Shown here one piece after another: positions 9,578 through 17,388 of a stretch of DNA of 32,000 bases (position 1 is the first letter of the stretch; every line of letters starts with the position of its first letter). Position numbers and translations under genes: made by a program. The DNA is from Prochlorococcus sp. MIT 0801 (GTDB taxonomy: Bacteria; Cyanobacteriota; Cyanobacteriia; PCC-6307; Cyanobiaceae). Location: the NCBI RefSeq assembly GCF_000757865.1, contig NZ_CP007754.1:1500001-1532000 (forward strand). The letters are read 5' to 3'. The notes beneath the pieces were generated by a model. It did not search any database. It was given only the letters and a program-made list of their open reading frames with translations, and was not told the DNA's origin.

Positions 9578-10440
9578 ATTAAAGTAATAGCAACTCCAAC
9601 AAAAGATAAAAAAGAATAAAAAATTGTTAATTTATTTATTTCATCTCCCTCTCTCTTTGAAATAAAAAGTGCGCAGACAGGTGAAAGACTTAGCAAAGTC
9701 CAACCAATCCCAATAGGTAAAAATTTAAAAACTATCTGTTGAAACAATATTCCACAATTAGTGCCAAGTAAGGTTGATAAAATTAAATTTGAATGATTTT
9801 CTTTAGTTAGTGTTTTATTATTAAGAATACAAAGAAAATCATTTTTAAAAATAAAAAATAAAAATATTGATGCTGATAAAAGTCTGATTTCAGTTGTTTG
9901 TAAAGGGGATAATGTAGAGCTAATTAAAATCACCCTTGACAATAAAGCTGCCAAAACAGCACAAAGGACCGATCCAAATGCACAGAGAGTACCAAGAATA
10001 TTTTTTCCTATAGGCTCTTCTTTTTGAAATGTATTCTGGCGTACAATCATTAATAAAGAGAAAGAAACAATCAAAGATCCTAGCCATACTTTTTGAGGAT
10101 ATATCTCATCAATGCTCCATGTTCCTAATGTAGTTGCAATTATTGGAGTCAAAGCTTCGAATGAAAGAGTTTTTCGAGTTCCTATTATTTTCAAAGCATT
10201 TATGTATAAAGTATCACCGATAGAAATACCGACTATTCCACTTATTATCAGAACAAAGATAGAACTCATATTTGACAGCCAACTTATAGTTAATACCACT
10301 GGGAAAAATAATATTGAGGCAAGGACATTTTTATAAATATTTATTTGCCTTGGTAATAAATTCTCAGATTCTTTGCGCCAGATAGAACATGAAAATGTCC
10401 AAAATAATACCGCTGAAATTGCTGCAAAAAAACCAATCAT
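9574..10440 (-). CDS. EamA/DMT-superfamily permease (about 10 TM)
   Basis: 288 aa made of two similar five-helix halves. It is hydrophobic throughout, with typical EamA length and topology. Confidence 0.8.
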   Translation of the reverse strand: MIGFFAAISAVLFWTFSCSIWRKESENLLPRQINIYKNVLASILFFPVVLTISWLSNMSSIFVLIISGIVGISIGDTLYINALKIIGTRKTLSFEALTPIIATTLGTWSIDEIYPQKVWLGSLIVSFSLLMIVRQNTFQKEEPIGKNILGTLCAFGSVLCAVLAALLSRVILISSTLSPLQTTEIRLLSASIFLFFIFKNDFLCILNNKTLTKENHSNLILSTLLGTNCGILFQQIVFKFLPIGIGWTLLSLSPVCALFISKREGDEINKLTIFYSFLSFVGVAITLI

Positions 10441-10536
10441 ATTTAAAAATTTCTGACAAACAAATTTTAAAAGTATTTAAATATTCATCAAAAATCTAGA
10501 AAGGAGATAACTCACACAAATTTATTTTCTAGGGAA

Positions 10537-11298
10537 CTAATTACTTTTCTTGCATTCTGGCTTGTTTTTTTTACTATTTAAATTAAGTTTGTCCTCACTC
10601 CAGACCTCTAATACATCTGGGAAGTGCTTCTCCATACATAAATCGCAAATCCCATGACTAAAACGAACATCTGCGATCTTCGATAGGTATTTTTCTAGAT
10701 GCTGCCACTCACCATCCGAATCCCTTACCTCTTTGCAATATGAACATGTCGTTAAAATACCTTCCGTATTATGCATATGAGTAAGAGCATCAAGAAGACG
10801 AATAGATCTTTTACGAAGTTCCAACAAAGTTACAACCTGCCTAGATAATGCCTCCATAACTTGATGCTGTTGGTCAGACAAATGTCCAGGCTTTCTATCA
10901 ATCACACAGAGAGTTCCTATTCGCTGATCATTTGGGGTTTGCAATGGAAAACCAGCATATAAACGAATTTTTGGTTCCTCAACCACCAAAGGGTTTGACT
11001 TGAATCGCTCGTCTAATAGAGCATCCTCAACAATCAATGGTTCTGAACTAGCAATTGCATGAGCACAAAAAGAAACGTCCCTTGATGTTTCTTTCGTCTC
11101 AAATCCACACATTGATTTAAACCATTGCGTATCTGTATCAACCAAGCTCATCAATGAGATAGGAGTTCCACAAGTTAAAGAAGCAATTTTCGTTATGTCG
11201 TCGTAGCATTGCTCAGGCTGAGTACCTAAAATCCTATACTCAGCAAGAGCTCTTAAACGCTCTTCTTCATTACTTATTTTTGGGGCGCCAAAACCCAA
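10537..11298 (-). CDS. GAF-domain protein with C-terminal Cys/His-rich module
   Basis: The N-terminus EEERLRALAEYRILGT...PISLMSLVD...LYAGFPL...IGTLCVID is a classic GAF layout. The C-terminus carries CSYC-x22-H-x1-C-x2-C. The start is TTG. Confidence 0.8.
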   Translation of the reverse strand: MGFGAPKISNEEERLRALAEYRILGTQPEQCYDDITKIASLTCGTPISLMSLVDTDTQWFKSMCGFETKETSRDVSFCAHAIASSEPLIVEDALLDERFKSNPLVVEEPKIRLYAGFPLQTPNDQRIGTLCVIDRKPGHLSDQQHQVMEALSRQVVTLLELRKRSIRLLDALTHMHNTEGILTTCSYCKEVRDSDGEWQHLEKYLSKIADVRFSHGICDLCMEKHFPDVLEVWSEDKLNLNSKKNKPECKKSN

Positions 11299-11540
11299 AA
11301 CAATTCCTTGTAAATATGATTAAAGAATAGATAAGACTGGGTTATTAAATAGAATCTCTTCTTAATAATAAATAATTAAGTTTCTATAAGAAAAACATCA
11401 ACAATATTAAGCAATGTCTAATCAAAAAAATAAACTTACAAGGCAACAAATGCTAGTAAACATATACAAACTAGGTCTTTGCCCGCAATTTTTGTTTTCT
11501 TCTTAAATAAATTGAGTAAATACTTTTAAATTTTTTAATT

Positions 11541-11789
11541 TCAAAACGTCTTACTAGACCTAATTTTAAAACTACTATTAGTGATTAAAGTATCATCAGA
11601 AAGATCTAAACCTTTAACACTAGAAATCTGTCCTTTTAGTCCTTCTAATTGAAGTTGATCAATCATCTGCTGAATAACCTGACTTTCTACTAATTTCTGA
11701 TCAATCATTTCTGGGGTCATTTTCTCAAATAATTTTCCTGCTTTAGAGGCAACAACATCTGATGCATTAGTAATTTTGAGAAGAATCAT
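11541..11789 (-). CDS. Hypothetical protein (MILLKITNASDVVASKAGKLFEKMTPEMIDQ...)
   Basis: This is the track ORF 11541..11822 trimmed to the first ATG. It is hydrophilic and I could not name a family. Confidence 0.45.
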   Translation of the reverse strand: MILLKITNASDVVASKAGKLFEKMTPEMIDQKLVESQVIQQMIDQLQLEGLKGQISSVKGLDLSDDTLITNSSFKIRSSKTF

Positions 11790-12236
11790 AATGAAATCGA
11801 AACTTAGATAAATTGAAATCAAGTAAACTATTTACTGATAAATATCATACAAATCGATTACTCATCTAATATTAAAGGATTATGTAAATATAATTCAACC
11901 AAGAATCAATATAAAAATTTGTATTAAAGCCAAGCATATAAAGGTCCATAGTAATACCATACCTATTTTATTATGGAAAGAACCCTTCTTGTAAAATGAC
12001 TGACCCGAATCCCAATTCCTAGTCATTATTAAAAACAAATAATCTATAAGATAAGATAGCAATAGAGTTGTTTTTTTATTGCTTCAAAACAAAACCATAC
12101 AATTTAAAATCATTTTTTTCAAAAGCCAAAAGATTTCCACAGAAACAACATATATATTCCATAATGATTAAACTCGAAAAAATCTAAACATTAAAAATTT
12201 CCAAAAAAATTATTATTTTACCCTAGTATTTATTAA

Positions 12237-12638
12237 ATGAACTTTGAACAAACAAAAAATTTAATAGGAAGAATCCTAATTTCAGCTATATTTATTTATG
12301 CAATTCCAGGTAAAATAATAAATTTCGAACGAACTGTTGAAATTATATCAAATAAAAATATACCTCCAATATTAGCTCCTTTTTTATTATTTTCAGCTAT
12401 CATTTGCTTGATTTTTGGTTCAATACTTTTCATCTCAGGATTCAAGCAAAGATTCGGTGCATATCTTCTGCTTATATTTATAGTTCCAACAACTTTTATT
12501 TTTCATTTTTATCCTTTTCAAATAAAAGCTGTATTAATGAATGCTGGGCTAATTGGAGGTTTAATACTTGGGTCAAACAATATAAAAGGTAATTCACTCA
12601 AAGAACTTTTTAATAACCAGACAAATAAATATAATTAA
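12237..12638 (+). CDS. DoxX-family membrane protein
   Basis: 133 aa with 4 TM segments. The N-terminal LIGRILISAIFIYAIPGKI is typical of DoxX. Confidence 0.7.
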   Translation: MNFEQTKNLIGRILISAIFIYAIPGKIINFERTVEIISNKNIPPILAPFLLFSAIICLIFGSILFISGFKQRFGAYLLLIFIVPTTFIFHFYPFQIKAVLMNAGLIGGLILGSNNIKGNSLKELFNNQTNKYN

Positions 12639-12654
12639 ATTTTTAAATTAAGTT

Positions 12655-13035
12655 TTAAATATTTGTATAGTGCCAATTCAACTTAATATCGATAGAGCAT
12701 TCAAGATTAAGCTTCACAGGACAATCCTTAGCTGCATTTTGAAGTATTTTATATTTTTGAGAATCCAAATCAGATGGCATAAAAATTTCTAATACTAGAG
12801 TCTTTATTTTCCTAGGCCCCTCTGAAGTCATTGTCTTATAAACATCAATTTTAATATTACCAAGTTTCCATCCTCTACGTTTTGCCTCTATAGCCATAAT
12901 TGTTATTACGCAAGTCCCCAAAGAAGAGGCTAATAAATCAGTTGGAGCAAAATCTTTTCCTTCCCCATCATGGTCTTTAGGTGCATCGGTATGAATGACA
13001 CTCCCTGAAAGAGAATGTTTTGCCTCAGTGTGCAA
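12655..13035 (-). CDS. OsmC/Ohr-family (peroxiredoxin-like) protein
   Basis: PTDLLASSLGTCVITIM and AAKDCPV carry the two conserved Cys regions of the OsmC fold. The true start may lie upstream of the called TTG (see findings). Confidence 0.8.
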   Translation of the reverse strand: MHTEAKHSLSGSVIHTDAPKDHDGEGKDFAPTDLLASSLGTCVITIMAIEAKRRGWKLGNIKIDVYKTMTSEGPRKIKTLVLEIFMPSDLDSQKYKILQNAAKDCPVKLNLECSIDIKLNWHYTNI

Positions 13036-13235
13036 ATCTCCAAGATAGTTGCAACTAATCTTGGTAGAATTTAAATTAGCATTTTTCGAGTTTTTGATTT
13101 GAAGGCCCTAGTCTATAATTTTATTTTAACGAATATAACCTCTTACCTATTATTAAATAAGTTCCATTAGCAGAGATAAACCAAAAATGATAAATATCAT
13201 TTATAAAATATAAAGTTTTCTTATCCTCAAAACAA

Positions 13236-13607
13236 ATGACTTTTATTTCGTTTTTTCTAAGTTTACTTCTTACTCTAAATCCTTCTTCAGATTTCAATTG
13301 CGATGGAGATAGATTAACTGCAGTCATCAGAAATAACTTAAATGGAGATTTTGCCATAACCAATAATCTTGAAAATATTGATAAAGGAGCTTTTGTCGTT
13401 CTTCATTGGCGAGATATAAATCTCATGCTTCCAGTATCTTTTAAAGTCGGTGATATATCTTTCACGGACAAGAAATGGTTATGGAGTTATCAAGATGAGA
13501 AAAATGGATTAAGAATGGATGAACCTAGATTCGCTCAACTTTTACCTAATGGAGAAATTCAAGAATTCTCTTGTCTAGCTATTTTCAAAGAAGACATGAT
13601 TTCATAA
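13236..13607 (+). CDS. Secreted protein, possibly MliC-like (lysozyme-inhibitor fold)
   Basis: A signal-like N-terminus MTFISFFLSLLLTL is followed by two flanking Cys (FNCDGDRLTAV ... EFSC) and a central FTDKKWLWSYQD. I preferred it over the overlapping antisense ORF 13121..13363. Confidence 0.45.
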   Translation: MTFISFFLSLLLTLNPSSDFNCDGDRLTAVIRNNLNGDFAITNNLENIDKGAFVVLHWRDINLMLPVSFKVGDISFTDKKWLWSYQDEKNGLRMDEPRFAQLLPNGEIQEFSCLAIFKEDMIS

Positions 13608-13675
13608 AGAAACCCTTAAGCAGGAAATAATCAAGACGTGCTATGGCTAGGTATTAAGTAGATGAAAAAACTTAA

Positions 13676-13870
13676 ATGACTATCTCAAGATCAAGGAGAT
13701 TTGTATTTGTAGATACGAAACCAAATTTAAGCAAAAAACAAGTTTTTATTTTTGGATCAATACTTGCAAGTGGTTGCTTAAGTGGGGCATTTTTAATCGC
13801 ACTTTATATTGAATATCTTCATAATCCAGCTTTTCACAGTTTTGTTCAATCGAGAGGAATATTCCTTTGA
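13676..13870 (+). CDS. Hypothetical single-TM protein
   Basis: 64-aa ORF with an ATG start and one hydrophobic helix. A hairpin terminator follows it. Confidence 0.3.
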   Translation: MTISRSRRFVFVDTKPNLSKKQVFIFGSILASGCLSGAFLIALYIEYLHNPAFHSFVQSRGIFL

Positions 13871-13910
13871 TTTTTGAGTTCATTGATATTAGATATTCCT
13901 TAAAAAAAAT

Positions 13911-13939
13911 AAAAAAGCTCTCTTGTAGAGAGCTTTTTT
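13911..13939. terminator. Intrinsic terminator hairpin flanked by an A-run and a T-run
   Basis: AAAAAA-GCTCTCT-TGT-AGAGAGC-TTTTTT lies between the + ORF 13676..13870 and the minus-strand hli operon. Confidence 0.6.
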
Positions 13940-14074
13940 ATTGATTTTAAAAACTTTAAACATCTTGATTAAAGAGATAAAGTCAAAGAATCCACTATCA
14001 AATTGAACCTAGTAAAATAATAATTGTAGAACTTAAATTAAAAAGTTCAGCAATTATGAGTAACTATTTATTGG

Positions 14075-14221
14075 TTACACAAAACCAGGTATGATTTGAC
14101 CTGTGGTCGCATATGCTCCAACTAAAGCAATACAACCAAATAATGCTGCATAGCCGTTAAGCCTTTCTGCGGTTACCTTTTCAGGATCAATGTTTCTTGT
14201 ATTGTTCTTTTGAGTAGACAT
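14075..14221 (-). CDS. hli: High-light-inducible protein (HLIP), 48 aa
   Basis: Hand translation gives MSTQKNNTRNIDPEKVTAERLNGYAALFGCIALVGAYATTGQIIPGFV. The ATG overlaps the upstream TAA (TAATG). It is below the track size cutoff. Confidence 0.85.
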   Translation of the reverse strand: MSTQKNNTRNIDPEKVTAERLNGYAALFGCIALVGAYATTGQIIPGFV

Positions 14222-14340
14222 TACACAACTCCGGGAATTAGTTGGCCAGTTGTTAGATAGATACCTGTTAGAAGTACGAAAGCCATCATTGCTGGCCTTC
14301 CGATACTTCTTTCAAGAATTGTTTTGTTAGAAGGTTGCAT
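14221..14340 (-). CDS. hli: High-light-inducible protein (HLIP), divergent, 39 aa
   Basis: MQPSNKTILERSIGRPAMMAFVLLTGIYLTTGQLIPGVV. This is the in-frame C-terminal part of the 69-aa track ORF 14221..14430, whose N-terminal part overlaps the next hli out of frame. Confidence 0.8.
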   Translation of the reverse strand: MQPSNKTILERSIGRPAMMAFVLLTGIYLTTGQLIPGVV

Positions 14341-14351
14341 AGTTAAAAAAT

Positions 14352-14459
14352 TTAGAAGATGCCAGGGATTATTTGTCCTGTTGTTGCATATGCGCCAAAG
14401 GCTGCAACGAAACCAAGCATTGCTGCCCAACCGTTAAACTTTTCTGCTTCAGGTGTCAT
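14352..14459 (-). CDS. hli: High-light-inducible protein (HLIP), 35 aa
   Basis: Hand translation gives MTPEAEKFNGWAAMLGFVAAFGAYATTGQIIPGIF, which has the ExxNGxxAMxG chlorophyll-binding helix signature. Confidence 0.85.
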   Translation of the reverse strand: MTPEAEKFNGWAAMLGFVAAFGAYATTGQIIPGIF

Positions 14460-14476
14460 TTGTAAGTAGTTAGATT

Positions 14477-14494
14477 TATGTAAAGGAATGTAAC
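14477..14494 (-). promoter_or_regulatory. HLR1-type direct repeat (RpaB-box consensus) upstream of the three-gene hli operon
   Basis: The minus strand reads GTTACATT-CC-TTTACATA. This is a full match to (G/T)TTACA(T/A)(T/A)-N2-(G/T)TTACA(T/A)(T/A). It ends 17 nt before the ATG at 14459. Confidence 0.55.
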
Positions 14495-14655
14495 GGAACT
14501 GTGCCTGCGATTGGTGGTGGGCAACCGAACATACTAGTAAAAATGATCAAAACCATTAGAAAAATCTATATAAAAAACGAAACTTTAATCAATACCTTTT
14601 CTTTGAAACACTTGTTAAATTCTTATAATTAAAAAAAATCAAATGAGAAAAGAAA

Positions 14656-14916
14656 TTGTACGACCCCTCGATTGGACAAGAATCACTCACTACAGTTGAT
14701 GTTGTAGGAGTCCTTGTCGGACATTTCCTTTTCGGCGTTGCCGCCACACTTTTAATTGATTGGAGTTGGATTCCCTTAAGTCCTCAACAAAAAGAAAGTG
14801 GCCGATCACTTGAAGAAATCAAAAGAAGCTGGGGTTGGGATAAAGAAAGTGATATCAAGAATGAGTCACTAAGCTCAGAAAATAGAACATCCTCAGTTGA
14901 AGAAAATAACGAGTAA
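14656..14916 (+). CDS. Hypothetical membrane protein with acidic/Ser-rich tail
   Basis: 86-aa ORF with a TTG start and no ATG in frame. It has one TM segment (VVGVLVGHFLFGVAATLLI). Confidence 0.4.
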   Translation: MYDPSIGQESLTTVDVVGVLVGHFLFGVAATLLIDWSWIPLSPQQKESGRSLEEIKRSWGWDKESDIKNESLSSENRTSSVEENNE

Positions 14917-15271
14917 CGAGTCATCATTTAATTGCCAATAAAGTCAAATATTTTGCTGTGATACGTGTCATATAATCTGAAAATTTTCGGAAGATATATT
15001 AAAAATATTTAGCAAGAGTTTTTCAACTTAGGTGAAACTTTTGCGTGATAGTCATTTCTTGCATGGTCTTGGCTATCAAAACTAATACCATTAAATAAAA
15101 TGCAATTAAATATTATTTCTTGAAAAGTAATTTATCTGTGTTTATTTCTCAAAACTATCGCTATAGATAACTATAAATAATTGTGTTTCGTAAATATATT
15201 TTTAATAAGTTTATTAAAATCTTTAATTGACTAAAATAATTCATAAACTAAGTTTTGTGCTAACCAAGGAA

Positions 15272-15931
15272 ATGACAGGAAAAGATTGTACGCATTTATT
15301 TAAGTCTGCCTATGAAAATCGCTACACGTGGGAATCAGATTTTTCAGGTTACGAAGGTAGATGTTCTTGGACAGATGGCGAAATAGAAGTAGAAGGAAGC
15401 TTTTGCTTAGGACAAGATTTAAAAGCCACTGTTCAAGGAATAGATGACGAAAAAATACACAAAGCCATTTCTTCACAACTTTGGGAAGTTGCTATTCATA
15501 GAGTCAGAAGATCATTTGAACAAACACATGGTAAAAATACCTTTACTTTTGGAGATACAAATGAAATTGGCTCAGAAGTTATAGTTGGAGGGAAAAACGA
15601 AGGTGACAAATACAGGGTCAAAAATGATGTTGTTACGATGGTTTATAGGCATATTCATGGAAATCTAATAATCATCCTCACTAAGGATGTGACTCATACT
15701 GGTAATGGCTACTTAAGCAAGAGTTATTCCAGTCAATATCTTGATCCAATTTCAAAAAAAGATTTAAAGGGAAAAAGCTTTTACGAAGATGCTTTTATAC
15801 CTTTATTCAAAGGTGGTCCTTGGGTTTTATCCTCTAGATCCATACATCAAGAAGCCTCAGAAGGTTCAATAATGAATAAACAAGTATTTTCTTTTTCGGA
15901 GTTAAAAAGTATTAATTCTAAGCAAGATTAG
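15272..15931 (+). CDS. Conserved cyanobacterial/plastid-lineage hypothetical protein (DUF3386-like)
   Basis: The N-terminal LFKSAYENRYTW resembles the family as I remember it. The track ORF begins at TTG 15227, and I chose the first ATG at 15272. Confidence 0.55.
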   Translation: MTGKDCTHLFKSAYENRYTWESDFSGYEGRCSWTDGEIEVEGSFCLGQDLKATVQGIDDEKIHKAISSQLWEVAIHRVRRSFEQTHGKNTFTFGDTNEIGSEVIVGGKNEGDKYRVKNDVVTMVYRHIHGNLIIILTKDVTHTGNGYLSKSYSSQYLDPISKKDLKGKSFYEDAFIPLFKGGPWVLSSRSIHQEASEGSIMNKQVFSFSELKSINSKQD

Positions 15932-16050
15932 GCTCCAAAACATTAGCTAAGCTCATGATTTATGTAAGGATATCTGCTTAGGTGAAAACTGGGATTTATA
16001 AATTAACTATTTTCGATTATCAATGATTTGTAGGAAAGGGGGGTTTACAA

Positions 16051-16593
16051 ATGCTTCTTCGTTTTGTTCCTATTCATGTTTTTCGTGAAACGCCACAAGT
16101 ATCTTTTTTTGATGCAGGCGTAAATGGATCAAATGGTGCTGATGTTGTCATCCATCACAAAAACGCCATATCTCCTCCTGATGACGGGAATTTTGAGCAG
16201 TATTACATCCATCATCATCAAGTTGATCACAATTTAGTGATTGAAGGGAGCCGAAAATTTACTCTTATTAACCCCAAATGGGATGAGCCGCATCATGTAA
16301 TTTTTTTAAATAGAGCAATGGGCGCACTGCAAATACCAATTGGAACTTATCACCGATCAGAATCAGGGAAAGAAGGAAGTATTGTTTTGAATCAAGCAAC
16401 TAGAGATGATATGTTTGATCAAAGAAAAGAATTCTCACCTGTTAGCCTCAGATCAAACAAACAATTAAGAAAGGCTAGACAGGCTTATCCCGTCTACTGG
16501 ATTTGGGAAGAAGGACGAATAAAAAGAGTAAAACTAGATTGCAAAGGGTACTCCAAGAGCATTAAGTTAGAGTCTTTAATACCTGCGCATTAA
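16051..16593 (+). CDS. Hypothetical His-rich protein, possibly cupin-like beta-barrel
   Basis: 180 aa with an ATG start. The His clusters (VIHHKN, YYIHHHQVDHNLVIEG, PHHVIF, GTYHRS) are spaced like cupin metal sites. The fold assignment is tentative. Confidence 0.5.
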   Translation: MLLRFVPIHVFRETPQVSFFDAGVNGSNGADVVIHHKNAISPPDDGNFEQYYIHHHQVDHNLVIEGSRKFTLINPKWDEPHHVIFLNRAMGALQIPIGTYHRSESGKEGSIVLNQATRDDMFDQRKEFSPVSLRSNKQLRKARQAYPVYWIWEEGRIKRVKLDCKGYSKSIKLESLIPAH

Positions 16594-16750
16594 TACATGC
16601 AATATTTCATATTATATTATAGTTATGACAATTAGAGTATTATGTCAACTAAAATTAGATATAAAGACAGAAAATTACAACATATTATAGACGTACAAAT
16701 AAGACATGATTAATAAATTTATCATAGATGCACTATAAACATATTAAAAA

Positions 16751-16942
16751 TTAACAGTGAATTAGATTAAAGGTGATATAAAAAAAGCCAGGAATAATTT
16801 GTCCTGTTGTTGCATATGCGCCAATAAGAGAAGTTATACCAATCATTGCCCAACGACCGTTAGATAACTCAGCGGACTCTGGGCTGAACTTATTAACAAC
16901 ATGGATGTAGTTACCAGATTTAGAGGATGATTCTGAACTCAA
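16751..16942 (-). CDS. hli: High-light-inducible protein (HLIP) with unusual 9-aa C-terminal extension
   Basis: ...AELSNGRWAMIGITSLIGAYATTGQIIPGFF-YITFNLIHC. The probable TTG start overlaps the upstream TGA (TTGA). The track ORF 16751..17014 extends further 5' out of frame into the neighbouring hli. Confidence 0.7.
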   Translation of the reverse strand: MSSESSSKSGNYIHVVNKFSPESAELSNGRWAMIGITSLIGAYATTGQIIPGFFYITFNLIHC

Positions 16943-17139
16943 AAGACCCCTGGGATGATTTGTCCTGTTGTGACGTATGCACTTAAAAGGCTGATCATTC
17001 CAATCATTGCCCAACGTCCATTGGTTTTCTCAGCTTCCTTTGGATAGCTTGTATAGTTTTCCACTACTTGTGGAGGAGTTTCACGAGCAAATATATTTTG
17101 CTTTCCGTATTCAGTAATTACCTGAGAAGAAGATGACAT
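16939..17139 (-). CDS. hli: High-light-inducible protein (HLIP), 66 aa
   Basis: MSSSSQVITEYG...EAEKTNGRWAMIGMISLLSAYVTTGQIIPGVF. Confidence 0.9.
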   Translation of the reverse strand: MSSSSQVITEYGKQNIFARETPPQVVENYTSYPKEAEKTNGRWAMIGMISLLSAYVTTGQIIPGVF

Positions 17140-17388
17140 GTAATACTTAACTTTTAATCTAAGCTAAATGCTTTGATAAGGGATACAAAGATACGCTCGG
17201 GTTCGGCTTACACGTCTATCGAATTTTAGCAAGGGATAAAGCTATGCCCAAACAGTAATGCCTGAATTGCAATCAAAGACATAAGGGAAACACAAACTGG
17301 CAATGGTCGCAATCGCCTACAAGACAAATAGCTTAGAGTGACACCAGTGCGCCACTCTTAAGAAGAACTCGTAGATAGTGGTTAGATG

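Noticed and set aside
13121-13363. 80-aa minus-strand ORF overlapping the start of 13236..13607
   Set aside because: The plus-strand ORF has a signal peptide and a conserved-looking Cys pair. The minus ORF has no features and would run into the OsmC upstream region. Confidence in this choice is only moderate.
14341-14430. N-terminal 30 codons of the 69-aa track ORF 14221..14430, and likewise the 5' part of 16751..17014
   Set aside because: These extensions run out of frame through the neighbouring hli gene. The HLIP signature starts only at the internal ATG (14340) or TTG (16942).
14520-14545. Possible LexA box or NtcA site (GTA-N8-TAC) near GAACATACTAGTA, upstream of the hli operon
   Set aside because: Neither consensus is satisfied when checked position by position.
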